Of a stretch of DNA of 64,000 nt, positions 39,878 to 54,226 are shown piece after piece. The notes beneath the pieces were generated by a model. The model was not told the origin of the DNA. It did no database searches and was given only the letters and a program-made list of their open reading frames with translations. This DNA is from Octopus sinensis (taxonomy: Eukaryota): the NCBI RefSeq assembly GCF_006345805.1, contig NC_043001.1:32922001-32986000 (forward strand), in the 5' to 3' direction. Position numbers and translations under genes: made by a program. Within the stretch, counting starts at the first letter, position 1, and every line of letters begins with the position of its first letter.

Positions 39878-40458
39878 GGGCTTATGAAGTATATTGACCT
39901 AACATAATGCTCAAAGTTTGGTGACAGGAAGGCTATGGGTTCTCATTGCACTCTCTCTAAAATGCCATAAGACTCACTCTTGTTCAAAATAACACTAGTT
40001 TAATTCTCTGCTCGTATAAAATAACCGTGACTTTGACATCCAAGTAGTGACATGGTGACAAATAACATACTAGGAACAGAAAAACCATGTGAATAACTAC
40101 AACTAAAAAGCAACGTTCTTTCGAAAACTTGCAGCAAGCATTTTACAACCTCTTTCGTTCTTTCCTATTCTATTCATCAAACAAAATCAGTATTTTAATG
40201 AATTCAGTCATCAAATTTGAATAATTTCCTAACAATAGATTCAATTAAATTATTGATTTATTTTATTGATACGAGAACATAAATTTGTTTGTGCTTTAGG
40301 GAGTACAGAGTGCAGAAGGTCTTTCGCTGATAAACCCGGGAGAGGTAAAAATGAACAAAGTAAAGTAATAACTGCAGCCAAATTTGAACTCAGTACATGC
40401 AGGAATTCAACTGAAATAGTGGAAGACAACTATTGGGCAAAATTATTTCCAACGTATT

Positions 40459-40498
<40 letters not shown>

Positions 40499-40541
40499 TG
40501 TTTGTGTGTGTGTGCATGTTTGTGAATATATATATCTATGA

Positions 40542-40673
<132 letters not shown>

Positions 40674-41162
40674 GATATATATATATATATATTGTATAGA
40701 GGGCATTATTACACATAAATGCCTCACACTAAGAGGGACAAAGTCATTACTACCAAAATTATACTAATCATACCCAAATGCAGTTTTTCAAAGCAAGACA
40801 TTAAAAAAATGAATTTAGTTCTGTATCACCGTGATTTCACATTCAACTTTACGTCTTATGATCCTCAGCAGAACTGATTCTGAACACATCATAAATAAAC
40901 TACCAACCTTACGTAGCGAAGACGAACAGACAACTGCTCACTCCGCCAAGCACATGGAATGTTTATAAATCATATATCCGGTAAATGGCGGGCTTTTTAC
41001 GAACTGCATGTCGGGTAATGAAAAGTATTATATATATATATGAAAAGTATATATATATATATGAAGTTAATCCAAACAAGAAAGCAGAAAAAACCCAACA
41101 ACGCGAGGACGTGGAACAAATATAGTATTATTGGCGCTCAGGAAAGAAGGAAAGAAGGAGGA

Positions 41163-41195
41163 TTTAACGTTTCGAGCGGAGCTCTTCGTCGGAAA
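41163..41195 (-). ncRNA. minimal hammerhead-like motif with variant core (CCGACGA)
   Basis: Reverse complement: TTT CCGACGA A GAGC-TCC-GCTC GAAAC GTT AAA, within a roughly 210-bp insert (41060-41275) in (TA)n. Confidence 0.55.
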
Positions 41196-41291
41196 CATAG
41201 GAGAAGGAAAGATCCAGAGAAGGAAAGACAGAGGGAAAAAAATCGCTAACGTACACACGCGGTCACATTTTGAATATAAATATATATATAT

Positions 41292-41338
<47 letters not shown>

Positions 41339-41681
41339 CACACACACACACACACAAACACAATATATATGAATGTGTTTTGTTAATCAGTATTTCAAAC
41401 TTCATCTACGTCTCAGATCGCGGTCATGATTCTGCAAGAACATTCCTGCAATTATATCGTTTGACACGTAGAACGACTAGTTCATTACTAATATTCATAT
41501 TATTGTTTGTTTATTCCCAACTTGGCTCTTTATCAAAATCTCATAAGCTCAAAAGCATATTAAGCACAACCATACTGTCGTTTTTCTTTTCTTTTTTTTT
41601 CATGCATTAGGGTTTTCTCCAATAAAACTTTTTTCCAGATTGTAACCTACGGCCTAAGGAAAAAAATAATATGGATTAAAC

Positions 41682-42005
41682 TATATGGCCCCTAAGGATC
41701 TATATATGATTTTGGGGGCCCACACAACAAAATAGTAATTTGGAGATCTACAAGGGTATTTCAAGGGCCCCTGAAAAATTTTGCTTTAGATATATGTATT
41801 GGTATATGTTACAAGAAACATCAAAGTTTCTTTTTCTAACATTATACATAGTTCAAACTACACAAATTAATGAGTGAAACCATTAATAAATAACATTCTA
41901 TAAAACTAATTTCTAAACATCGAATGGTTAGTGGGGATGGGGGACACTAGAATAAACTAATAATCAAAAGGGTCCATAGATATAAAACCTCGTTGAGAAC
42001 CCCTG
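41682..42005. mobile_element. hAT-type MITE, left TIR lost
   Basis: Right terminus GTTGAGAACCCCTG. 8-bp direct repeat GATTAAAC at 41674-41681 and 42006-42013. Confidence 0.6.
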
Positions 42006-42479
42006 GATTAAACTTCTGTGGCATCACGAGTGACACATAAAGGCGTCTTTCGAAAAAGGAAGTGAGAATGGTGGTCGATCACCGGCTAATCTACCTGACG
42101 AAGTGGATTGTAGTTAGTACGATATGTGACTCATCCATCATCGTCGTCACACGAACAGGTGTTATTTAAGTGAACTTGGCTGAATAAGAGAAAATTAGTC
42201 TCAGGCAAGTTATCAAGTCAGAATAGCGTGAATGGTAACTAACTGAATGATAGCATGCTGCTCTAATTTAATACAGTTTTGCTCTGTTACAACAGTTTTG
42301 TTACAGCAGTTTCGCTCTGTTGCTTAGACTTATTATACTTTAATACAAAAATAATAGACATACCTACCTGCATCAATATATATATATATATGTTGAGAAA
42401 AATGGTAAGGCAACAAAAGAATGAAAGATACCTCGATATTATGTAAATAGAGGAATTTATCTGTAAATGTAATATGTAG

Positions 42480-42658
42480 CAATTATTCGGCAGCCATGAC
42501 AAAACTGCGAGTTTCGGATTCCAGGTAGGAAATCCACGCCACTATCTCTTCAGTTATCCGGCTGTCGGAAAAATGGCCGGATAACTGAAAAGATGGCGGC
42601 GTGGATTTCCACCTCGGCATCCGAAACTCGCAGTTTTATCATGGCTACCGAATAATTG
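42480..42658. ncRNA. 179-bp foldback formed by two divergent hammerhead-like motifs
   Basis: Minus 42498-42558: GATAA CTGAAGA (11 nt) GGATTTCC-TACCT-GGAATCC GAAAC TCGCA GTT TTGTC. Plus 42580-42640: the same motif with CTGAAAA and helix I GATAA/TTATC. Confidence 0.65.
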
Positions 42659-42708
42659 TTTTATGTATATATTATATATATATATATATAATATATATAT
42701 AATAATAA

Positions 42709-42746
<38 letters not shown>

Positions 42747-42794
42747 TATATTATATATATATATATATAATATATATATTATATATATATATAT

Positions 42795-42826
<32 letters not shown>

Positions 42827-43802
42827 GTATGTATGTATATATATATATATACATATATATATATGTATATATATAGAGATAGATAGATAGATAGACATAC
42901 ATACATACATACATACATACATACATACATACACACAATTATATCTACAAATATGAATAGCTAGTAAAAATAAATATATATAATAAATAAGATATGTAGT
43001 ATTTTTCTAAGCATAACATTTCACATTAAGAATCTTACAAAACTAATACATAAATGTATATTTCTAGAATTCGCGTCTTATTTTCTGATTTACTGCTTTC
43101 TATATTGTAGAACAGTTCACTATCTTCTCTGCTTTTGATAGGAGTGGGATAGAACAATTATTTAGCGTTCAATGAAAGCAAGGGATGAAAGTTTGAATTC
43201 AGTTAAAGTTTAGTATTTTATAATGTACGATGAGCAAGATTTAACCTTCCATCATCTGCAATAGTTTTCAATTCAAAACAGAGCACGGAGATTCAAACAG
43301 AGTTATGGTTAAATAAGAAGAAATATATTTCTTTTGTCCGTTATCTATAGCCTTACATATGATATTCATGTATCTGACCTGTACAGCTCATAGATATTTC
43401 TATTTAGATGGACATGAAATATTAAATAAAATACAGTAGAAAAACGAGATACCCTCCACAATCGAATCCGAGGCAATCAGGAACATTAATTCTTTTTCTT
43501 TCTTCTTTTTTTTCTGCAAAGAATTTCATTCAAGCTGGTGGGATTATGCTCGGTTAAGATGAAGCTAACATTTGTTCTGCTTCAGAACTATGATGCCACG
43601 TAGCAAAGTTCTGTCCTTAATAAACTGTCAAATGCTATTTAGTCAAAATCGCAATCGACATCGTGGAGGAATAATTCTACCGCACTACAAATGTATGGTT
43701 TCTTCTTTATCGAGGAAAACCTCATCAGCTTAACTGAACTTCCCCAATCAAAACATTTAATTCTCTCCAATACACACACACACACACACACACACAGAGG
43801 TC

Positions 43803-43951
43803 CAGGTGTGGTTGTGTGGTAAAAAGTTTGCTTCCCAAACACATGGTTCCGGGTTCAGTACCACTTCGTAGGTAAATGTCTTCTACTATAGCCTTGGGTA
43901 ACCCAAGCCTTGTGAATGGATTTGGTAGGCGGAAGCGAAAGAAATTCATCG

Positions 43952-43986
<35 letters not shown>

Positions 43987-44222
43987 ACATATATTTCTAT
44001 GTATGTCTGCATGTGTTTCTGTGTCTGTTTTTATCTTCTACCACCGCTTGACAACCGATGCTGGTGTTTAAGTCTGCGTAACCTAGCTGTCGGGGATAAG
44101 AAACCAATAAAATAAGTACCAGGCTTTAAAAAAATAAGTACTTGGGTCCATTCGTTCGTCTAAAAATTTTTTAAGGTGATGCCACAGCATGGCTGCTGTC
44201 TAATGACTGAAAGAAGCAAAAG
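43803..44222 (+). mobile_element. older SINE family B
   Basis: Diverged head, internal microsatellite and tail. Confidence 0.8.
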
Positions 44223-44731
44223 GTCATATATATATATATATATATATAAATGGAACAAAATCGCAATAGAGGACAATAAAACATTCGGACAGATAGACGA
44301 TACAAAGGTGGACAAGAGAAACACAAATAGAAGTATAGGCAAAAAGTACCAGAAGTCACGACCATTTCGGGCAGTTACACTTGAGGCAGTTCGATCTGGT
44401 TGCCCCACCAAAAGTCTAAGCTGAGAGCATTAGAACCCTTTGTTAGAAAGCTAGCGAATGTGTACGGCAACAAAAACAAAAAGAAAACGGAGAACGTGTA
44501 CACAGTTACAAATACAAACAACAAGAAAATAACAACAAGTGTCTTTCGACTGAGAACGAATCAAATTGAGCTGGCGTGTATGAAGTGAAAGCCTAAAGGC
44601 AGGAACATATGAGGAACATACACACATACTCACACACACACACACGTGTGTGTATGTATGCACGTGTTTATAACACACAAACACTTACACATATATATAT
44701 ATATATATACATACATATATACATACACACA

Positions 44732-44773
<42 letters not shown>

Positions 44774-46152
44774 TATATATATTTACAAATGGGAAAGTTT
44801 GAAGTCGCGGTTCCATTGTACTTAACGTCCTTCAGAAATACGAATGTTGGCAGCACTGGTTATAATTAACGAATCAAAAGAAACTGTCACATTGGAGGGA
44901 TGCCTAGCTGTATTCGTGCGACTTCTATCTCTTATGGAAGCCATTTTTTTATTATCTGAGCGTTTTTATTTTTATGTTCATTTTATTTTTACATTCTATC
45001 AAGGTAAAATTTTATCAAGGTAAAATTGAAGTCGACCCGTAATATTCATAGGGTTTCTGAGACTGTAATGCTGACGTAGTTTATGTAGACCTTAGTTGGA
45101 GATTGTAAGAAAAAAAAAAACGTGGCTGGAAGGGAAATCTAGAATCCGAAGAATATGTTCAGAATAGTTATAACTGTAATCTCGGCTGAATGTGATGGAA
45201 AACAGTGTAGATTTCACCCAAACTTATATAGATTGATTGTATTGCTTTTAATTAATTTGATAATTCTAACTGAAATTTCAGTGCATTCAAAACTATTTTG
45301 ATTAACAAGATTTGGAGATATCTCTCTTGTCTTTCAAAAGTAATTCAATAATTTTTTTTTTTGGGGGGGGGGCGTGATGTAAAGTTAGTTATTTTACTAT
45401 GTATACAATATATATTGGTACTCGGAGTCATTGTTCAGTATTAAATTTCAATATAAATCCTTAAATTGTTGCAGTTTTTATTGAAATTTTATACTTTGTA
45501 AGGGAGAATAAAATTGAAACTACTTTGCTGTTTGGCTTGCCTAAATATCAGACCATCCATAAGTTCTGTCCGATTTTACCTTTTGTAAAAATGAATGTGT
45601 GCGTGTGTGTTTTCCACCCACACCATCGCTTGACAACTGGTGTTCGTGTGTTTAGGTCTCCGTAACTAAGCGCTTCGGCAAAAAAAAAATAATAATAGTA
45701 ATAGAAAAAGTACTAGGCTTATGAAGAATAAGTACTGGGGTTGATTTGTTGGACTAAAGGCGGTGCTCCATAATGGCCACAATGAAATGACTGAAACAAG
45801 TAAAAGAATAAAAGAATATATATATATATATCAAAATAATATATATATCAAAATAATATATATATGTATATATATATACATATATATATATACATACATA
45901 TGTATGTTTGTATATGTTTATGTATGTATATATGCATCTGGCACTCTATGAATCTAGCTATCTATCTCTCTATATACATATGTGTGTGTGTTTGTTTATG
46001 TATGTGTATATGTACGTGCATATACATATACAAACAGAACAGAAAGACCGAGAGAGAGAGAGAGAGAGAGAGAAAGAAAGAAAGATACGAATACACTCTA
46101 TCAGTATGCTTTTTCATTACCTTCATCTTACTCTCTTTATCTTTCACTGTTC

Positions 46153-46214
<62 letters not shown>

Positions 46215-46775
46215 GCTCTCTCTCTCCCTTGACTTCACACATACCCAAGTACCCCACACCTTAATCTGTTTTGATAAACAATTACCAAATTAATTCCCCT
46301 CATCAAACCGAACATACAAATCTACTCATTTAGCCGTAATTATAAGATTTTACTTTTTATGAGGAATAAGGATTAAAACATATTTTCCCATGGTACGTTC
46401 CTCCTCTTCCTTCTCCTCCCCCTCCCCCTTTTTATTTTGCTCTTTAACGGTTCCAGTATCGTAGTTTTTTTCTCGTGAAAGCCACCAAAATGTGTGATTT
46501 ATGAGTAATTTCTTTATATAGAGGCTTCCACATTCGCTCGGTGTATGTATTTGCGCTCCAATGCATCTCCCGAGTTTATAGAAAATAATTAATGTGTGTG
46601 TGAGGATGTGTTTGTGTGTACACACATAATTAGTTGCTATTTCTAGCACCTTGCTTTGTAACCACCTGCTTCGACATTGTTTGACACCATTAGTGCCTAC
46701 TCTCATTGTTCTGGTTAAGCAATGTCTTGTAAGCGGAGTTACGTATATTCGTTTTATTTCTAACGCTTGCTTGCT

Positions 46776-47542
46776 CCCTTTTAAAGCCTAGCCAGGTTCA
46801 TGGGCCCGGTTTCCCGGTTTCAATGGCGTAAGTGTCCCCCAGCTGGACGGGACGCCAGTCCATCGCAGCGTTACTCATTTTTACGAGCTGAGTGAACTGG
46901 AGCAACGTGTAATGAAGTGTTTTGCTCAAGAACGCAACGCGTCGCCCGGTCCAGGAATCGAAACCACAATCTTGTGATCATGATGCTGACACTCTAACCA
47001 CTAAGCCACGCGCCTCCACAAAAATAAATAAGTGTGCCCTTTTAAAGCCTTGCCAGGCTCATGGGCTCGGTTTCCCGGTTTCAATGGCGTATGTGTTCCC
47101 CAGCTGGACGGGACGCCATTCCATCGCAGTATTATGCATTTTTGCCAGCTGAGTAGACTGGAGCAACGTGAAATGAAGTGTTTTGCTCAAGAACACAACA
47201 TGCCACCCGGTCCAGGAATCGAAACCACAATCCTACGATCATGATGCTGACACCCTAACCACTAAGCCACGCGTCTCCTCAAGAAATAAATAAATGCGCC
47301 CTTTTAAAGCCTAGCCAGGCTCATGGTCCCAGTTTCCCGGTTTCTATGGCATATGTGTCCCCCAGCTGGACGGGACGCCAGTCCATCGCAGCGTTACTCA
47401 TTTTTGCCAGCTGAGTGAACTGGAGCAACGTAAAATGAAATGTTTTGCTCAAGAACACGACGCGTCGACCGGTCCAGGAATCGATACCACAATCTTACGA
47501 TCATGATGCTGAAACTCTAACCACTAAGCTACGCGCCTTCAC
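46776..47542 (-). mobile_element. head-to-tail trimer of a V-SINE-like tRNA-derived SINE (family D)
   Basis: Three units of about 250-260 bp (46776-47019, 47020-47280, 47281-47542). Each has an A box (TGGCTTAGTGG, TAGCTTAGTGG in one unit), a GTTTCGATTCC-type B box and a V-domain-like GCGATGGACTGGCGTCCCGTCCAG. Confidence 0.85.
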
Positions 47543-48024
47543 TTTATTTGTAATAGTTTGTCTAAATTATTTATAGGAGGCTTTAGCTCTAAACGCCGAC
47601 AGATAAACAGCCAGGTAAGCAACATCTGATCAATGTCCAATGTAGGGCAAAACTACTCATGAGGTCATGAATGATTCTAAAGTCTACTTGCTGAAACCTC
47701 TGTTGTTTATTCATGGGATCGATTTTTATAGTCTGACAAAATAGATGTTTGTAATTATATCTTATAACTTCCGCATATATATTTATTTATTATCTCACTG
47801 TGTTGCAACTTCCGTAATTGAATTGTAATTTATGATGTCTGTTTGTTTGCAACTACCTATACAGATTCATGAGAGTAGCTAGCTCGCTGAATCCAATTGA
47901 AACGTAATGTAGCTGGGTTGTCGCTAAATCCACAATTTCCTACCTTGGCCTCAGAAAGGACATGGAGAGCAGTGACTCTTGAAATGCAGATAAAAACAGA
48001 GAATGTTTCGTGTATATTGTACAT

Positions 48025-48428
48025 AGGCACACGAGTAGCTGTGTGGTAAGTAGCTTGCTTACCAGCCACATGGTCCCGGGTTCAGTCCCATTGCGTGGCA
48101 CCTTGGGCAAGTGTCTTCTACTATAGCCTCGGGTCGACCAAAACCTTGTGAGTGGATTTGGTAGACGGAAACTGAAAGAAATCCATCGTATATATGTATA
48201 TGTATAAATATATATGTGTGGGTGTGTGTGTTTGTCCCCTCAACATCGCTTGACAACCGATGCTGGTGTGCTTACGCCCCGTAATTTAGCGGTTCGGCAA
48301 AAGACACAGATAGAACAAGTACTAGTCTTACAAAGAATAAGTCCTGGGGTCGATTTGCTCGACCAAAGACGGTGCTCCAGCATGGCCGCAGTCAAATGAC
48401 TGAAACAAGTAAAAGGGTAAAAGAGAGA
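48025..48428 (+). mobile_element. SINE family B
   Basis: Full-length family match. Confidence 0.9.
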
Positions 48429-48480
48429 GTATGTGAAACAAGGGTTAAATCTGAGAACATAAAATAAATAAATAACATAT

Positions 48481-48513
<33 letters not shown>

Positions 48514-49730
48514 TATATATATATTTGATTAATGACAACGATCAGTGGGAAAGTGAAAGTACTTTAGCGGTAAGTTATCAGCTATATACCATACGTTTTA
48601 TTATCTAATATACATACATACATACATATATATATATTATTGTATATATATCTAATATATATATATATAATATATATATATATAATATATATATATATCT
48701 ATAATATATATATATATTTAAGTTTCGGCGAGTAGCAAGTAATCTAGTTAACATATGGTTGGAGGGCTTAGTTACAGATGTGCCTTGTTTGTAGATGATA
48801 TATATATAATGGTTAAAGGAAAAGAAAAATGCACATTGGATTAAAGAATCCAGATAATATTCCGTGTACCGCTTCATTCAGAGGGTACCGAAATAATAAT
48901 GACGCCTAGATGATATCTGATGAAACGAAAATCCTGTAAATGCTGCCGGTATGTAAGGATATATAGTTTTTCAATCCACTTCTAAATCTTCGGGGGTTTT
49001 ACCATTGACTTGTCTTAATCTAGAATAAAAGGATAAGGAAGGAAGAAATAAACGGAAGTGTGCAGAGAGGGGAACTGCAGAATAGAAAAAGATTAGATGA
49101 CGTAGATATTTCCATGCCAGGAATTACCAATAACCATTTCAAAACAGTATATTTTTCAAATTTCTTAAGGTTTAAGCCAATATTCATTGAACCCTCCGTT
49201 GTGTTTATTCAAATTTTATGAGTGATTATGTTCTTCAGTCTTGTTTACAGATGAGCGGGAGATGACTGAGATGATAGGTAACAGCCGACTATCAGTATTC
49301 AGAAACTATGAGCCGTGACATGTGTGCGACGCGTAGTTTCATAACAGCTGTGCTGTTGTTTGTGACCATGCCACTTAACACTTAATAACCCAGTTCACAT
49401 AGATCTAAGTAGGTACCGTGGAGTGAGTGATATACGGCTTATTTTTGTGAGCCGTGTGAGAATGATAAAAACTGACGAATGCTTCATTTAGTTTCTATGC
49501 TTTGCTTTGTACGCTTGATCATGGTTGTAGCATAGAGATATAAAAGTGTAAACTACACAAAGCTGATTTGGCCTGATACACTACATTAAGACAAAGAGAC
49601 ATCAGTGATGACCCAATGACTGAATGAATTAATGAACTCGACATAAATATACGCGCGTGTGTGTAGTGAGTATGTGTGAATGATATTTGCCTTTCAAGTC
49701 AATTAATACAGAATATGTATAAGTGCGTAA

Positions 49731-49767
<37 letters not shown>

Positions 49768-49860
49768 TATATAAGTGTAATTGTGAAAACAGTCTTCTGT
49801 GTAAATTTTCGGCCTTATATATCATCTATTATTCTTTTCATTCATTAATTAGTCTGAGGA

Positions 49861-50045
49861 GGGCGGCGAGCAAGCAGAATGCTTAGCAATATTTCTTCCG
49901 GCTCTTTACGGTCTAAGTTCAAATTCCGCCGAGGTCTACTACTTTGCCTTTCATCCTATTGGGGTCGATAAAATAATCACCTGATGAATATGATGCAGTC
50001 AACTCACACTCCCTCTAAAATGTCGGGCTTTGTGCCAATAATGGA
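49861..50045 (+). mobile_element. old SINE family A
   Basis: GTTCAAATTCCGCCGAGG..CTTTGCCTTTCATCC. Confidence 0.75.
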
Positions 50046-50660
50046 AATAATTAATTAGTTTGAGAGAGCGAAGCCAATAGTATGATGTGTGAAAGCCATC
50101 CATAGCTTGAACTTCTCTTTGAAGAAAGCGAGTATTCCAGAATGACACTATTTAGAATCTAGAATTCCAAGTGCTACAATAAAATTTAGCGTACATCAAT
50201 ATTTCTATATACAGTTGATTTCCTTTGTTTTGTGTCTAACATGGAATAAATCTTGATGCAGCAGCTGTGTTGTCCCAGATGTGTGACCCGCAAGTCAAAA
50301 ACTACCAGAGACTTCAGAATTTAAAGAGCTTCTACCAGACCTACCGACAGATTATATATGTGTGTGTGTAAGCACGCGCGTTTGTGTATGCTTATGTGTA
50401 TGTATCTGTGTGTGTGCGTGTGTGTCTCTGTGTGAGTCTGTGTGTGTGTGTGTGTGTGTGTGTGTCATTCTCTTTGTGTTTGCCTCCCAGCCACTGCTTG
50501 ACAAAGGGCGTTGGTTTGTTCATGTTACCCTAACTTAGCGGCTAGGCGGAAGAGACAAATAGAATAAGTACGAAAATAAATACTGGGGTCGATTTGTTCG
50601 ACTAAACCACTCAAGATAATGCTACAGCATGGCCACAGTGCAATAAAGGAAAAAAGTAGA

Positions 50661-50696
<36 letters not shown>

Positions 50697-50910
50697 CTTT
50701 TATTGTTTCAGTCATTTGACTGTGGTCATGCTGGAGCACAGCCTTTAGTCGAGCAAATCGACCCCAGGACTTATTCTTTGTAAGCCTAGTACTTATTCTA
50801 TCGGTCTCTCTTGCCGAACCGCTAAGTTACGGGGACGTAAACACACCAGCATCTGTTGTCAAGTGATGTTGGTGGCGACAAACACAGACACACAAACATA
50901 TACACACACA

Positions 50911-50942
<32 letters not shown>

Positions 50943-51100
50943 CGACGGGCTTCTTTCAGTTTCCGTCAACCAAATCCACTCACAAGGCTTTGGTCGGCCC
51001 GAGGCTTTAGTAGCAGACACTTGCTCAAGTTGCCACGCAGTGGGACTGAACCCTGAACCATGTTGGTAAGGAAGTTACTTACCACACAGCCACTCATGCG
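50697..51100 (-). mobile_element. SINE family B
   Basis: Full-length family match. An older plus-strand 3' half lies at 50450-50660. Confidence 0.9.
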
Positions 51101-51587
51101 ATCCATCCATATCTATATCAATAAAAACTTGCACACACACACACACACACAGACACTCACACACACATATATATGCATGTTCGTATGCATGTATGATAAA
51201 TGCATTAGATCTTGAGCCCAGAGATAGATAAGCGCGTATTCAGAGAATAAACAAATGCAGGGAGAAAACCCTCACCCACTCACGCTGTGGATGGATTAGC
51301 GTTTAAGTAAGTCATAGGTCCAGATGCAAAACTGTATTTATAATATGGGAATTAATCTTAATCTGGTGCGTGTGAAAGGTCTTACCATTGACCTTGATCC
51401 CCGAAAACAGCTGATAATAACTTCCACATACAAACACACACACAGAGAGGAACGCATACACATACGCACACATGACACATACAGACACGCATGTGTGTAT
51501 GTTTTTTTATGTGCGTGTTAAGCGATAGATATAGAAATTAAGTTCAATTTGAAGCAGGTGAACACACAAGCATATATATAATATATA

Positions 51588-51633
<46 letters not shown>

Positions 51634-51634
51634 T

Positions 51635-52062
51635 CTTTTACTCTTTTAATTTTCAGTCATTTGACAGTGGCCATGCTGGAGCACAGCCTTTAGTAGAGCA
51701 ATTCGACCCCAGGACTTATTCTTTGTAAGCCTAGTACTTATTTTATTGGTCTCTTTTGCCGAACCGCTAAGTTACAGCGACGTAAACACACCATCGGTGT
51801 TCAAGCAATGTTGGGGGGACAAACACAGACACACAAACATATATATACACACACACATATATATACATACATATATATATATATACATATATATATACAT
51901 ATATACGACGGGCTTCTTTCAGTTTCCGTCGACCAAATCCACTCACAAGGCATTTGTCGGCTCGTGGCTATAGAAGACACTTAACCAAGGTGCCCGCAGT
52001 GGGACTGACCCGGAACCATGTGGTCCGTAAGCAAGCTACTTACCATATCGCTACCCCTACGC
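51635..52062 (-). mobile_element. SINE family B
   Basis: Full-length family match. Confidence 0.9.
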
Positions 52063-52089
52063 CATATATAATATATATAATATATACAT

Positions 52090-52146
<57 letters not shown>

Positions 52147-52165
52147 ATATATATATATATATATC

Positions 52166-52200
<35 letters not shown>

Positions 52201-52706
52201 GTAAGCATCGTTCATATATATATAGGCTGTGTCATTTCAGATATTTGGTGTTAAGAAAGACATCCCACAAGATATACTGAGATTTTGGCATGTTGTGTTT
52301 GCCCTTTGTACGTCGTATTGAATAAAGATTAGTATTAAATCCATCTTCCGTTTCCTTCATCTATTATAAACGCAACAAACACAGCGGATTTCCTGATGTA
52401 GATCCAGTGAAAATGATATCGTAACTGTGGATGACGTTAGGTGGCCCAAGAGTGAACATGCTTTAACTGACATACTAATGAACATATACCTAACACCCAA
52501 ACAGTTACATATAACCGGTTGTGTGTGTGATATGTGCACGCACGCGACACTATGTGTGTGTTTGTGTATGTGTATGTGTGTATGAGAAGTTCAGTATGTT
52601 TACATAAGTATGATGATATAGGTGCATATATCCACACATACACACATATACTTACGAATATGCATATATATTCATATATATATATATATATGTGTATATA
52701 TATGTA

Positions 52707-52750
<44 letters not shown>

Positions 52751-52752
<2 letters not shown>

Positions 52753-52919
52753 TGCAGGAGTTGGTTTGTGGTAAGTAGCTTGCTTACCAACCGCATAGTT
52801 CCGGGTTCGATCCCACTGCGTGGTACCTTGGGTAAGTGTCTTCTACTATAGCCTCGGACCGACCAAAGCCTTGTGAGTGGATTTGCTACCGGGAAACTGA
52901 AAGAAGCCCATCGTATATG

Positions 52920-52952
<33 letters not shown>

Positions 52953-53170
52953 ACTTGTTTGTGGATATTTTTGTGAGTCTGCGTTTGTCCCCAGACATAG
53001 CTTGATAACCGATGGTGGTGTGTTTACGCACCGTAACTTAGCGGTTCGGCAACAGAGACCAATAGAATAAGTACTAGGCTTACAAGGAATAAGTCCTGGG
53101 ATCAGTTTGCTCGACTAAAGGCGGTGCTCCTGCATGGCCGCAGTCAAATGACTGAAACAAAGAAAAGAGT
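52751..53170 (+). mobile_element. SINE family B
   Basis: Full-length family match, B box GGGTTCGATCCC. Confidence 0.9.
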
Positions 53171-53704
53171 ATACTACACATATATATATATATATTACTA
53201 CATATATATATATTATATATATATATAATATGTATAGTGCATGCGTGTGTAATATATGTGGGTGTGTATGTATCTATCTATCTACACACAAGCATAAAGT
53301 TAAAACAAAAAGAGATACGTCTCAGCTTCGATTTCTACCGCCTGTCTATTGCATGTCTTAACTCAAACCTAAATCTGTTTCTACGTGAAAAGCTACGCAT
53401 AAACTAAGTCCAGAAACAGATTTTCGTGTTGCTATTAATAGATAAAGGTATATTGGCAAGGCCATAATATTATCAAATATCTATCCAAGTATTACATAAT
53501 TCGTCACGGACATAACAGCGATAATGGTGGTGTTATATATATATATATATATATACATATATATATGAATGCCGTCCGGAAACTGTAAGAAAAAATGTAT
53601 TCGAGTAGAAAAATAGAGTGAGTAGAAAAATAGAGTGAGTAAAAAAAAATACTAAAACCAATTACAGATATTATATTATAAATTGACACACTCTTTTATT
53701 CTTC

Positions 53705-54192
53705 TTATTCTTTTATAGTCATTTGACTGCGGCCATGCTGGAGCACCGCCTTTAGGCGAACAGATCTGCCCCAGGCAGGGCTTATTCTTTTTTAACCCTA
53801 GTACTTATTTTATCGTTCTCTATTACCGAATTGCTAAGTTACGGGGACATAAACACACCAACATCGGTTGTCGAGCGATGGTGGGGTGACAAACACAGAC
53901 ACACGAATACATACATACATACATAAATACATATATACATACATATATATACATATATATATATACATATACATGTGTATATATATATTATATATATATA
54001 TATATATATGTGCGTATGTATGTATATACGACAGGCTTCTTTCAGTTTCCGTCTACCAAATCCACTCACAAGGCTTTGGTCGGCCCCAAGCTATAGTAGG
54101 AGACACTTACCCATGGTTCCACATTGTGGGACTAAACCCTGAACCATGTGGTTGGGAAGCAAGCTACTTACCACCCAGCCAATCCTGCGCCT
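53705..54192 (-). mobile_element. SINE family B
   Basis: Full-length family match with an expanded microsatellite. Confidence 0.88.
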
Positions 54193-54226
54193 ATATGCAA
54201 GTACATTATATGTTCGTATGTGTACG

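Noticed and set aside
44340-44415. Possible HHR remnant on the minus strand (GGGCA..TGCCC GAAATGGTC)
   Set aside because: No CUGANGA-like box upstream of the stem.
47576-47619. Possible 38-nt exon ending CAG|GTAAGC (similar donor at 58263)
   Set aside because: Weak acceptor and no recognisable peptide. The 58263 candidate has stops in all three frames.
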